Below are positions 12,100 to 23,498 of a DNA stretch of 64,000 bases, piece by piece. The notes beneath the pieces are model-generated. The model made no database searches, had not been told where the DNA came from, and saw nothing but the letters and a program-made list of their open reading frames with translations. Every line of letters starts with the position of its first letter. The stretch's first letter is position 1. Origin of the DNA: Chiloscyllium plagiosum (Eukaryota); contig NC_057752.1 in assembly GCF_004010195.1 (NCBI RefSeq), positions 9,806,862 to 9,870,861 on the forward strand. Direction: 5' to 3'. Made by a program: the position numbers and the translations under genes.

Positions 12100-13720
12100 T
12101 TACTGGTTCAAATCATCTGCAAACGGATGGAATACGTAGCGTCATACAAGTCTTCCGTGAAGCATAAAACACTTGTGGTCCACCGAAGTTTCTGGATTTT
12201 CTCGTACTGTGCGCACAAGGCCTGTCAAGGGGGAAAAACTCAAGCATACACATTTCCACAATCGAAGGGACACTCTGAAAGCCGCAGTAAAAAAAACACG
12301 ACGAAGACAGAAAAAAAAATCGTGTGCGCAGTGAAGAATGCATTGGATGAGGAAAAGCTTGCGAGTCTGCGCTAAATGGCGGCTCCTCCAACATTGCGCA
12401 ACCAGCCTAACTTCTCCACACCTCCCTTTGAATCATGCCACCATATGAAAAGATCGCCAGCAAAACAAAAATGCACTTTAGTAGCAGTACGTAATAGTAA
12501 AGAAAATCGCAGAAGATTTAAAAACAAACGCCGACAAAATCAGTGATAGCCCAGAATGCCTGTGCGTGTGCCCGCGTGCGCGCGCGCGAGAGAGAAATTT
12601 CTAGAAACCGCAGTTCCTTCAAATCGTTTCGGAACCCGGCGCCTCATTCGGTGCTGTCGGTTCACTCTCGGTAAAAGATCAGGTGAGAAGAATGAATAAA
12701 ACACATATACATGTTTCTATATCGTAAAAGGCTGCCTAATTCAACGATAAAAACTGAATTAATTGCGCTGGGACGTGACAGTCCCGCAAGTCTGCCGTGC
12801 GTTTCCACTCACGTGTAAGCAAGTCGAGAGCGGGTTTTTTAATGCGACTCAAAAAAAGGGGCTTTTCAATCACCCCCAGCCAAAAATAAAACAATCAAAC
12901 GACCGCTAAATTATTTTAGACATTGAGAATCTAATAGAAAATCCATTAAACCCACTACAGTCCGCAAATGCAGACATAACCCACCCCCCCGATTGGGTTT
13001 GAATAAATTCGCCAGCACGCTCAAACAGATTTGCATACTTTGGATACCAAAGGGGAAAAAATATAAAATCATTGTAGCCTCAACTTCAATTTTAATCTAG
13101 TATGAGGAATTCCCCTCCCTTCCTCCCCATTGGATTCAAGGTTTTTTTAAAAAAACACTGCAGCGGCCTAGGCTAGCGAAAAAACGCCTTAACTCCCACC
13201 GCCCGGCCCAGTATCCCACATCGCATGGGCACGGTAGATAAAAGTGCCACTTGCTGTCGAACAAAGTCGTTCGAGTCGATTTTTTAACTATCACTTACAT
13301 GGCTACTGTGTGGTTCAACCTGTACTCAGTTGTCGGGAGCTCACAAGACTAAGTGGCGTCCAGAGAACCGCGTTCTGGCTTTTTTTTTCCCCTTTTGCCC
13401 TCCTCTCCACCTCGCCCAGACAAAGTGACGCAGCACACGCCACTCGCTATGGTTACGACGTGAATCGTGCGTCCATGTGTCGCGGTGATTGGTCACCTAC
13501 GACGCCAAGGCTCGGCCGGAGGTCCCTCCTCCTCACTCGAAGCTGTCAATTAAGTTCGCGCGTGCCTATTTATAAGGTTGTTCGCGCTTTTAGGATCCAA
13601 GGTAATGAGTCAGGATAAATTGTTTACAGCGGGATCGGTTCACTTCTGGCACATGTTTTGCATATTAATTGAAAACGCCGTTACCATGTTTCAGCGTCCA
13701 GCAATTCATAAGATAACAGC
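12100..13720. promoter_or_regulatory. CpG island / promoter of a minus-strand gene (probably PTGES3)
   Basis: Dense CpG; CCAAT (attgg 13488-13492), TATA/MEF2-like ctatttataa 13566-13575, AP-1 tgagtca 13606-13612, YY1-like aaatggcgg near 12374. Confidence 0.8.
13299..13440 (-). CDS. PTGES3: First exon (5' UTR plus split start codon AT) of probable prostaglandin E synthase 3 / p23
   Basis: Minus strand reads gccAT|gtaagt (perfect donor at 13293-13298). PTGES3 exon 1 contributes only AT of its ATG and lies downstream of NACA on the same strand in human. No further exon seen in the window; TSS approximate. Confidence 0.6.
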
Positions 13721-14149
13721 GTCCATTTTAGCCTAACTCTCGAATTTAAGCCACAATCTGAACTGACTCCACACTTCAGTACAGCAGGAAGGGGCTGACC
13801 TTTAAAACTCCATACCATTATTTGATCTGCGACTTTTCCATCCAGAAGAGTCACCAATTTCACTGATCTGATCAGCGTGTTTCATGTTCTGGAATCTTGC
13901 TCTGCTCAAAATCGCTGTTTCTATATTGTACAGAATGGACATTGTACTTCCAAGTGACTTTGTAGTATGTAAAGTGTAATTTTTGTTGTAAATTTTCTTA
14001 TGAACAAGTTGCTGAACATGTATAAGTCTGGATTTTTTTGTTTTTTGTGACGATACCTCACATTTGTTCAGTCATTCTGATGATGCAACTTTCCACACCA
14101 AATCTGCTAAGTCTCCCTTTTTTCCCCAACGAGAATCTCCACACAGTTT

Positions 14150-14920
14150 GACAATGAGGGTCTGCAGTATCTGATCCATTTCTTTCAATTCTGCTCTCAT
14201 GCTCCCCCCTCCTCCTCCCCCTCCCTCACAGAAAGATATGGTTCCCCTCATCATTTTCACCAGCATGACTTCAGAATTCTGAAGGGACTGCTTTTTCACA
14301 ACATCTGATCCATTTTTCAATCACCTCAAATACCTTTTCCCTTTCCCATGCAGTGGAAAAGTGTCTTCGATTTCCAAAGTCTCAGGCGAAACAATGATTT
14401 ACATGTACTTCTTTTGGTTTAGTACACTGTATTCACTCACAATGTAGTCTTCTCAACCATTAGGGAGACCAAATGCAACTGAGTGATCACTTTCAAATGG
14501 TTGAGAAGACTACATTGTGAGTGAATACAGTGTACAAAACCAAAAGAAGTACATGTAAATCATTGTTTCGCCGGAGACTTTGGGATTTGAAGACACTTTT
14601 CCACTGCATGGGAAAGGGAAAGGGAAAAGGTATTGGAGGTGATCAAAAAATGGAACAGATGTGAAAAAGCAGTCCCTTCAGAATTCTGAAGTCATGCTGG
14701 TGAAAACGTAGTCCATACGTGTGACCCCAAGGTCCTCGATACTTATCACTTTAAGCAACATGCTTAAAATCAACTTGCTATCATTCACACATCTGTCCTC
14801 AGCATCCTTCACTGCTACATTCCAGTTAAGCTCAACACAAGTTTAAGGAATAGGACTTCATGTTCTGATTGGGTATTTTGTACTCTTCTGAACTCAACAT
14901 AGTTCAACAATTTCAGACCA
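14150..14920 (+). mobile_element. Decayed Neptune-type Penelope-like element interrupted by an inverted duplication
   Basis: tttacatgtacttct...ttagtacactgtatt...ggagaccaaa matches a GIY-YIG FTCTS-LVxCI...GETK pattern. Confidence 0.6.
14254..14706. repeat. Long inverted repeat, ~207-bp arms, ~34-bp spacer
   Basis: 14254-14461 is the near reverse complement of 14496-14706. Confidence 0.9.
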
Positions 14921-15169
14921 TTTTAAGTGTCCATTTTAATTTTTTTGCCGTATGTTGGTTTGAATCTTGTTTTTTGTGTTTTTGCCTTCAGACAGGCCTG
15001 TTCATTATTCTACCATTCACACTCCAGACAAATTCTTTAATACTTTTTGACAACCTTTACCAGTCTATCTGCATTTTTTTCCATGACATGTTTGACATGC
15101 AATTCCTCTCACCATCTATCTTATACAAGATTGTCTCTTTTGTTCTCCTTCCTCCTCCCATAAGACCAT

Positions 15170-16470
15170 AAAATGTAGGAAAAATAGACCATTCATCCCA
15201 TTGAAACCGCTCTACTCTTCAATGAGATCATGACTGATCTGATAAATCCTCAACTCCACTTTCCTGCCTTTTCCTTAAAATCCTTGATTCCCTCTTCCTG
15301 TTTTTTAATCAGTCTGTCTCAGCATTGAATATACTTAATGACCTAGCCTCGACAACTCTTTGCAGTCAAGAATTCCACAGATTCACTACCCTTAGAAAAT
15401 AAATTCCTCCTCATGTGTCTTAAATGTGTGATCCCTTATTCTGAGATATGCACTCTGGTCCGAGACTCTCCACTTTCTACATCTACTCTGTCAAGTCTCC
15501 CAAGAACCTTGTATGTTTCAAGAAGGTTGCCTCTCATTCTACTCAATCCCAAAGAGTACAGGCTCAACCTCAACCAAGACAGTTCTTCCATATCTGGGGT
15601 TAAGCTAGTGAACCTTTTCTGGACTGCCTCCAATGCCAGTCCATCTATCCTGACATAACGGGCTCAAAACTTCAATTTTCCAGTTGTGGTCTGACTAGTG
15701 CCTCATACAGTTTTAGCAAAACCTCCTAACCTTTATGCTCTATTCCCTTTGAAATAAAGGCCAGAATTCCATTTGCCTTCCCCATTACCCACTGCTAAGT
15801 TTTTGTGATTCATGCTTGGGGATACCCAAGTCCTTCTGTTTTGTAGGTTTCTACAATCTCTCTCCCTTTAAATAGTGTTCAACTCCTGTATTCTTCCTGC
15901 TAAAACGGATAACCTCATAATTCCCCACATTTTACTCTTATCTCCCAAGTTGTTTGCCCACTTGTTTAACCTGCCTATATCCCTCTGCAGATTGTCATCC
16001 TCACCACGTCTTCCCACATATATTTGTCTCTTCTGCAAATGTGGCAATATTACATTCACTTTCCTCATCTCATGATTATATATTTTAAATAATTGTGACC
16101 CAGCCCTGATTCCTGTGACACTCCAATAGTTACTGGTTGCCATCTTGAAAATGCCCCCCTTCTCCCAACTTTCTCTTTTCTATTCGTTAGCTGATGCTCT
16201 ATCCATGCTAATATACTGCTTTTAACACCATGATCTTCTCTTATTAATTAGCCTAATATGTAGTGCCTTATCAAATATCTGAAAATCCAAATATACTGTA
16301 TTACATACACTGCTTTCCCTTTTATCTATCATATTTGTTACCTTCTCAAATAATCCTAGTAAATGTCAGGTATTATTTCCCCTTTGTGAAGCAATGTTGA
16401 CTCTGCTTGATCATATGATGTAATTTCTAAATACTCTGTTGTTACATCAGAATATCCTAGTGTGCATCTT
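15170..16470 (-). mobile_element. CR1 LINE 3' portion
   Basis: EAVQKRFTSL, LGLSRMRGNLLETYKVL, LQRDIGRLNKWA in minus-strand ORFs. Confidence 0.85.
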
Positions 16471-17129
16471 ATTAGGTCCAGGGGACTTAAGATATGTACC
16501 TAAGATACAAGAGCAGAATTAGGCTTTTCCTCACCCCTATTTTTGTGCCTTCTCCCTTAATCCTTCAAACCATTATCAATTAAACATCTGTCTAACTCCT
16601 CCTTAAATTTACTCACTGTCCCAGCATCCACTGCACTTTGGGGTAGCAAATTCTACACATTCGCAATGCTTTGGGAGTAGTTTTTCCTCAATACTGTTTT
16701 AAATTTGCTACCCCTCATCCTAAGAGCCAAAGGGTTCTGATTCTATGGAACTCTCTACTCTAGAAGGTTGTGCATGCTCCGTTGTTGGATACATTTAGGC
16801 CTGGGATAGTTTGGGACTGTTTAAATAAAAGTGTTTAAAATAATTCCCTGGCCTGCATCTTTAACAAATTTATGCACAAACTGTATATCCCCAAGTCTCC
16901 CTGTTTCTGCACTTGTTTGAGAATTGTATCCTTTATATTGCCTGTTCTCATTTTCCCTACCAAGATCTATCAATTCTCTCAGATCTGACTGACCTTTCCA
17001 GAGGACTGGTTTGTTGACTGCCTTCAATTCCCTGGATCAGAAGGTAACATTTGACAGGGTGAATCATATTTTTTTCAGGATTATGTACTTTTCAGTTCAG
17101 GATCCATTTTGCCACCAGTGTTCTTTATG

Positions 17130-17370
17130 GAGAAAGTGAGGACTGTAGATGCTGGAGATCAGAGTTAAAAAGTGTGGCGCTGGAAAAGCACAGCAGATCA
17201 GGCAGCATCCGAAGAGCAGGAGAGTCAACGTTTTGGGAGAGTCAACGTTTTGGGCATAAGCCCTTCATCAGGAATCATTCCTGATGAAGGGCTTATGCCT
17301 GAAACGTCGATTCTACTGCTCCACGGATGTTGCCTGACCTGCAGTGCTTTTCCAGCGCCACACTTTTTGA
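17130..17370 (-). mobile_element. Palindromic Penelope-like terminal element carrying hammerhead cores, 14-bp TSD
   Basis: Inverted arms meet at cttcatcaggaat-c-attcctgatgaag; cagtgttct(t/a)tatg at 17116-17129 and 17371-17384. Confidence 0.8.
17273..17313 (+). ncRNA. Minimal type-I hammerhead ribozyme motif (PLE-associated)
   Basis: CUGAUGA (17281-17287), stem II, GAAAC GUC (17301-17308); flanking gaatc/gattc can form stem I. Confidence 0.65.
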
Positions 17371-17714
17371 CAGTGTTCTATATGCTGACCAAGTGCATGA
17401 ACATCTCTTTTGACTATTCCTTATACAGTTGGACAGAAGTGTGTCAGTGATGACTGCTGTTGGGTACAATTGTAGGAAATGTGTGTGGAACCTTTCCTGC
17501 TCCTTTTACTCGAGTAATCATGTCAAGATGTTTGCTTAAGAGTGCAATTCTGCACAAGCTGAGCCCTGGTTATAAACCAACTGCTGGTCCCAAGTATTCT
17601 TATCTTCGAATTTGTCATTATAGATCCAGAGGAAATACAAACTTTCATTTATATATTGTCTTATAGAACTAAGGAAAACCTAGTTGCAAACAATTTGTAA
17701 ATATAGTTACTGAT

Positions 17715-17880
17715 ATTGGAAATGTGGCAGCCAATTACAGCAACCTCCCACAAACTATATAATAATGACCATGTGTTTTAGTGATGTTGATTGACAGTTA
17801 AATATTGGCCAGGTCGCCGAAAATACAGCCCTGGCTCTTTTCCAGAATGCTGTTGTGGGATCTTCCACACCCACCATGAG
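17715..17880 (-). mobile_element. DeuSINE (SacSINE1/AmnSINE1-like Deu domain) fragment
   Basis: ggaaatgtggcagccaatt..cccacaaac..tagtgatgttgattga..aaatattggccagg matches the remembered Deu-domain reverse complement. Confidence 0.65.
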
Positions 17881-18454
17881 TTAACATGGAAAGTGTTTGT
17901 ATAACAAAAAGCGAGACGCTTTTATACCTTACTGTGTAAATCTTTGGCAGAATTTCAAACGTCGGCGTAAAAGACTGCAAAGTCTCATGCAGAATAGTGG
18001 TAGGTATTTGTTGAACAAATATTAAAATGAAAATTATTTACGTAGCGTGCAACACATTTTCTGCTAAATTTAGTGCAAGTAAAATGGCGTCACTGTAGCT
18101 CCACCTATAGCTCGTCAACATTTTCTATTGGACAACTCTGCTCCGATGTGACCACAATGCAAGGTCACGCTTGGTTGAACTGCCAGAGTGTGGCTTCAGC
18201 TTGTTCAATAATTTGAAAGTCAGTGGTAGCAACGCGTGGGGGTTAACGCTATTGACAGTCTTCAGTATTTTTTTTTTAAAAAAAGCTCGGTTTGGAGTTT
18301 TTTTTAAAGAATCACCTTTCAGGCAGCGTGGAGTGATTAACTGATGTGGGACTGGGGATGAACATCGCATGCGTACTTAACGGGAAGGAAGCCTCAGGGC
18401 AGATCCTAAACAGATTTAGAAGTCTTCACTTCTTTTCAACTGCATTTTATAGAT

Positions 18455-18645
18455 CCATAGAACATGACAGCGCAGTACAGGCCCTTTGGCCCTCGGATGT
18501 TGCGCCGACCTGTGGAACCAATCTGAAGCCCATCTCACCTACACTATTACATTTTCATTCATATGCCTATCCAATGACTATTTAAATGCCCTTAACGTTG
18601 GTGAATCTACTACTGTTGCAGACAGTGCAACAGCACTACTCTGAA
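18455..18645 (-). mobile_element. CR1 3' UTR fragment
   Basis: catagaaca..cagcgcagtacaggccctttggccc is a typical inverted CR1 tail. Confidence 0.6.
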
Positions 18646-18989
18646 TAAATAAATTACCTGTTTTGGACTTGACTATTTGCATGTAACGTCAAGAATTTTA
18701 ATAAAATGTACTGGTTAGCTCATTAATACTAATAATATTAGAAAAAAAAAATAATCGGTCATTGCTACCATGACACAAATCACAAGCACGCAATATCTAA
18801 TGATGAAAACAGAACGCTGAAAATAACAGGTATGGAGAGAAATAGTTAACATTTCCAGATCTTCGACTGGACTATTCGCAGTGTTGTGTACTTATTTCAA
18901 AATGTTAGCATCCCTAGTTTTTTTTGAAATATTATATGATACTTAACTACCTGACGTTTAAATCGTTTCATTGGTCTGGTATGCTTTAC

Positions 18990-19085
18990 TGACTAAAAAG
19001 TGTGGTGCTGGAAAAGCACAGCTGGCCAGGCAGCATCCAAGCATCAAGAGACATGACGTTTCGGGCATAAGCTCTTCATCAGGTT
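18990..19085 (-). mobile_element. PLE terminal fragment with intact minimal hammerhead core
   Basis: Minus strand CUGAUGA AGAG CUUAUG CCC GAAAC GUC (19055-19082); same family as 17130-17370. Confidence 0.7.
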
Positions 19086-19329
19086 AGGTGACTTCTAAAA
19101 GTTATTGGGCATAACGCGAGCACAGCTTATATGCTATTTTGTTCGTTGTGAAAACTTAAGCAATATGAGCCATTAAAATATGATTACATTGTTCAGTACC
19201 AATCACAACTCCTAGATACTGCAGCTAGACAGGATCCGGCTTGGGCCAAGTAAGATTTGCATCGCATACATCACATTTTCAACACAGTCTAATCATCTGC
19301 CCCATACCTTCACAGTTTAACATCAAGCA

Positions 19330-21100
19330 CAGAACTATAACAATCGCTAGGATGGCTTTCCGAGGGAAAAGTCTTGCTCGATTAACATTCTTGACTTTTT
19401 GAGGTAACAGAGGCAAATATTAAACGGAGAAAATAACTGAGTTAAACTTAGGTATTACCTCTAAGTTAAAAATCACAACACCAGTTCATAGCCCAATAGG
19501 TTTATTTGAAAGTACTAACTTTCAGAGCACTGCTCCTTCACCAGGAATCTAGTAATAATCAAGACCGACAGCGAGCTTTCTTCCTCCTATAAAAAGGAAG
19601 AGAGGTCACAGTGAACACAGGCCCTTTACAGAACATGGCAAAATGCTGGGGAACCAGGAAATGGTGGAGGAGCTGAATAAATGTCTTGCATCAGTCTTAA
19701 CCATAGAATTCCAAAAATATTAAATAATCAAAGGACAAAAGGAGGAGGGGAAATAAATCCAATAACTACCACAAGAGAAAAGTGCTAGGAAAAGTAATGG
19801 GGCTAAAGGCTGTTAAATCTTCTGGACCTGTTGCGTTAAATCTTCTGGACCTGGTAATCTTCCAGGAAGTCCTGCAGGATTGAAAAGCTGTCACTGAAAC
19901 CTTTATTTGTCAGAGTCAGAAAGCAGGTAACAACTGTCCTGTTAGCTTTAGAAATACATAATAATCAAGCAGTCAGCATGGCTTTTCTCATAGAATCCCT
20001 ACAGTATGGAAACAGGCCATTTGGCCCAACAAGTCCACATCCACCCTCTGAAGAGCAACCCAGAGGTCCATTCCCCTACTCTATTGCTCTACATTTACCC
20101 CTGACTAATGAACCTCACCTACACATCCCTGAACACTATTGGCAATTCAGCATGGATCATTTCCAGGTTCACAATTATTGACATTACATTAATGACTTGC
20201 TTGACTAAAATAAAATGTACTACCACCAAGTATATTCACCCGGCACCAAACCTTGGTTGGACCATACTTAAGCATACTGTATGAAGTCCTAATCACCATG
20301 CTATAAAAAGAACTTAAGCACTGGAAAATACCAGAAATGCATGGCAGACACATCAAGAAAGGATTGACAGGCTAAGTTGCTTCTTCTAGGATTCGGGGGG
20401 GGGGGGGGGGGGGGGGTGGGTGTGGAGTGGAGAGGAACTGAAGAAATAACCTAAAAATAACCTAATAGAGGTTGTTAAAATTATTAAAGGCATTGATAGA
20501 AATGTTTCATTAAAATGAACAGCATAACTCTACCCAAAATAGTCACAATTTGGGACTCATTACCACAGGAGGTGGTTGAAGTGAATAGTATGGATGCATT
20601 TTAGGAAGAAGCAAGGTGGACATTTGGGGAAAAACAGAATACAGGGTTGCAATGGGAAATTTAAATAATGAAGGATGGAAGGAGGCTCAAGAGGCATAAA
20701 AACATGAGCTGGCTGAGCCATGTGGTCTGTTGCTATGCTGTGAATTCTATGTATCCCATCAACTTCCTAAGATTTACCATTGACCATAAACTAAACTGCA
20801 GCAGCCATATGAATAATCAAACAGCAGAATTAGATCAGAAGATTGAGGATGGAGGCAAGTAACTTAACTGACTCCCTAAAGTTTGTCCATTTATAAGACG
20901 CGTCAGGAGTGTGATGGAGCTCCAACACTACTGAATAACTCAACACCATGTAACATTTACTCCCTCCAAGGCACAGCAGCACTGTGTACAAAAGATGTAG
21001 GGCAGAAACTTGCCAAAGGTCCTTCAACAGCACCCTCTAAACATTCAATCTCAAAGACCAAGGCAAGGGAACACCACCACCTGCAAATTCCAGTGTTACA
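19330..21100 (+). mobile_element. Mosaic of decayed CR1-like LINE pieces with an inverted HE1/CR1 tail (~19990-20150) and a PLE end (~19465-19545)
   Basis: RT-like remnants, CR1 3' UTR near 20560-20750, poly-G at about 20395-20416. Confidence 0.55.
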
Positions 21101-22368
21101 AAGACACTTCATATTTAATATTGTTTTGTGAATTTTGAAAAATTGCACAAAAATAATTTTAAATGTTGTAGAAATTGCTGTAATGAGTAAGAGGTTGCTG
21201 AAAGGTCTCTGTGAACATTGAGAATTTAAAAAAAAATTTAATCACATAACTACTGTGGCTGTAGACCCCTGGTTTGAAATGTGACTGGCTTGGGGAGGTG
21301 CTCGTTTTATCTTCTTTCAATTGGAAGCAGGCAGGGTTGAGAATTTTGGTTAACAATACAGTGACACCAGCAGTGCAGGTTCAACGCCCTCACTGGCTGA
21401 GGTTATCACAAAGGTCCTGCCTTCTCCACCTCATCCCTCACCTGAGGCATGGTGACCCTCAGGTTAAACTTAGCACCAGTCATCTCTAACAAGAGTGCAG
21501 CCCCCTGGAACTATGATGACTTGACCTTCAGTTGGAGGATAAAAATAAAGAACAGGCCGAGCTGTAAGAAGCTGCTCAGCCGATAGCTAATTTCTGAAAA
21601 AACTTGTTTAGTTCAGGATGAAACCTTTTTGTTCCTTTGAAAAAGCAAACGAAAAAATATCTCCTGAGTAAACCATGTCTGCAAGATTTCAGAGATAAAC
21701 TGTGCACAATTAGCAACACGGCCACACCAGCCAGAACATAAATGGATTCAAACAAACATTTTGTGCTCTATCCTTTTGCATTAAAATAATAAACTATTGG
21801 TCAGTGTATTTTCATTCAGAAAGCTCATCCCTGCAGAGAAATGTTTTTTCTCTTCTGAAGACAGTGTGCATGTTTGAGGGATTGAGGGATAAGCTTTTAC
21901 AATTTCCAAATTACAGTGTATGTAAACCAGTTATTGCATCTTTATTCAATAAGCTGTTTTATAATAAACCAATAACTATTCATTAAGAAACCTGGTTGAT
22001 AGATCTTGTTTAAAACCTGATGAGATTGACTTTTTGTTGTGACTGATGGCATATTGGGACTTGAGTGATGGTGCACTCCCCACTAGGTTGGCTTGGAACT
22101 TGATCACCACTGCCAGTGTAAATCCCATTAGAAACCTGGAACTTCCTCCCAAACAGCACTGTGCATTCAACAATAGTACATGGGCTACAACATCTCAAGA
22201 GGTCTCATGACAATCCTCTCAAAGACAACTCAGCATGGGTAATCAATGCAGTTGTGCCAACATTCCAAGAACTAAATACAAAAGTAAAAACACTCCTACT
22301 ACCATCTGAATGGACCTCTGGGGTACAGTTTTCTAGACAGGTGGCAGCCATTGAACAGCTGAGCAGAA

Positions 22369-22730
22369 ATGGGGACATTTCTGAAACCTGGGAAGATAGT
22401 TCTTATGCTGGCCAGACACTCGGCACAAAGGTGTTATCGTAAAGAGCAATGATGGGATCTCTGACAGACCTTACAGTCTCTCTCTTGTTGCTAGTATAGA
22501 CCCATGTAAGGTCATTGCCAAAAAATGGCAAGGTGGCAGCCAAGTCCTTTGTTAAAATAAAAAACTACAACCACCTAATGCCAACCAGATATTCTGTTGG
22601 CATTTCCCTGGATAAGACGATTGTGGATAAGGAAGTTTTCAGGGATCCTGTTTTGAAGTGTAATGCTAGGCAAGAAGCTAAAGTAAAATGTGAAGACAGC
22701 TTAAAAAAAAACTCTGCAGTTTTCATAGCT
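22369..22730 (+). pseudogene. RPL27: Processed pseudogene of 60S ribosomal protein L27
   Basis: MGTFLKPGKIVLML...SDRPYS...[47 protein letters not shown]; intronless, with frameshifts and deletions. Confidence 0.9.
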
Positions 22731-23498
22731 CAGCTCGATAGTATCCTCACCAGACTCCAGCAGGTCACTGAATAGTTGGCAAAAGCCAAAACCTTGGTTC
22801 CAATACATGGAGGAAAACTGTAGCAGCTTGACCTTGACATTAGTGGATATCAATGAATCCAGTACTGAAAGTTAAATTGTGACAATTCTTCATATTGTCT
22901 ACATACAATTATCAAATCCAGGGAAAACAAGCTCCAACGAGGAAACGTTCATATCTGTACAACTGATATTTTGTTTTTCTGTATTTTAAACCTTGTGCAA
23001 TGTCATTTTGCATCGGTTTTACTAGGACCTTGCAAATCATGAATTGAGACAAATAGTTCTCTCCCCCCAACTGTAATGCTGTTCCATAAAGGAGACACCA
23101 TGGTCAATTCCTGATCAGAGCTGGATCAAACAATGAGTAAGTGAATGTTGTAGTTAATTTTTCAAAGATTGACAGTAGAAGTTAAGAGATTACCAGGCTG
23201 TCAACAACAACATCTGGTGACCTAATTACATAAAACAATGAGCTTGAACAGTATTAAAAAAAATGGGTAGGCCATTCAATTTCTCATGCCTTTCTTCTAT
23301 TTATACTTGTTCAATAACCCAATCCAAAATACTCATCTTTGCCCCATATCCCTGAATGATTCATTAAAAATTCAGATTTAAAATTAAACTGAATTAGTAT
23401 TGTCTTTATGAAGACATGGTTTAAGATTTCTACCACCTTTGTGTGTCGAAGAACACATAATTGAGGTGTAGCTCAAAATTTTAGAATATTCCCCCAGT

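Noticed and set aside
13244..13618. 124-aa plus-strand ORF
   Set aside because: Stop-poor CpG-island sequence, non-ATG start, no recognisable protein.
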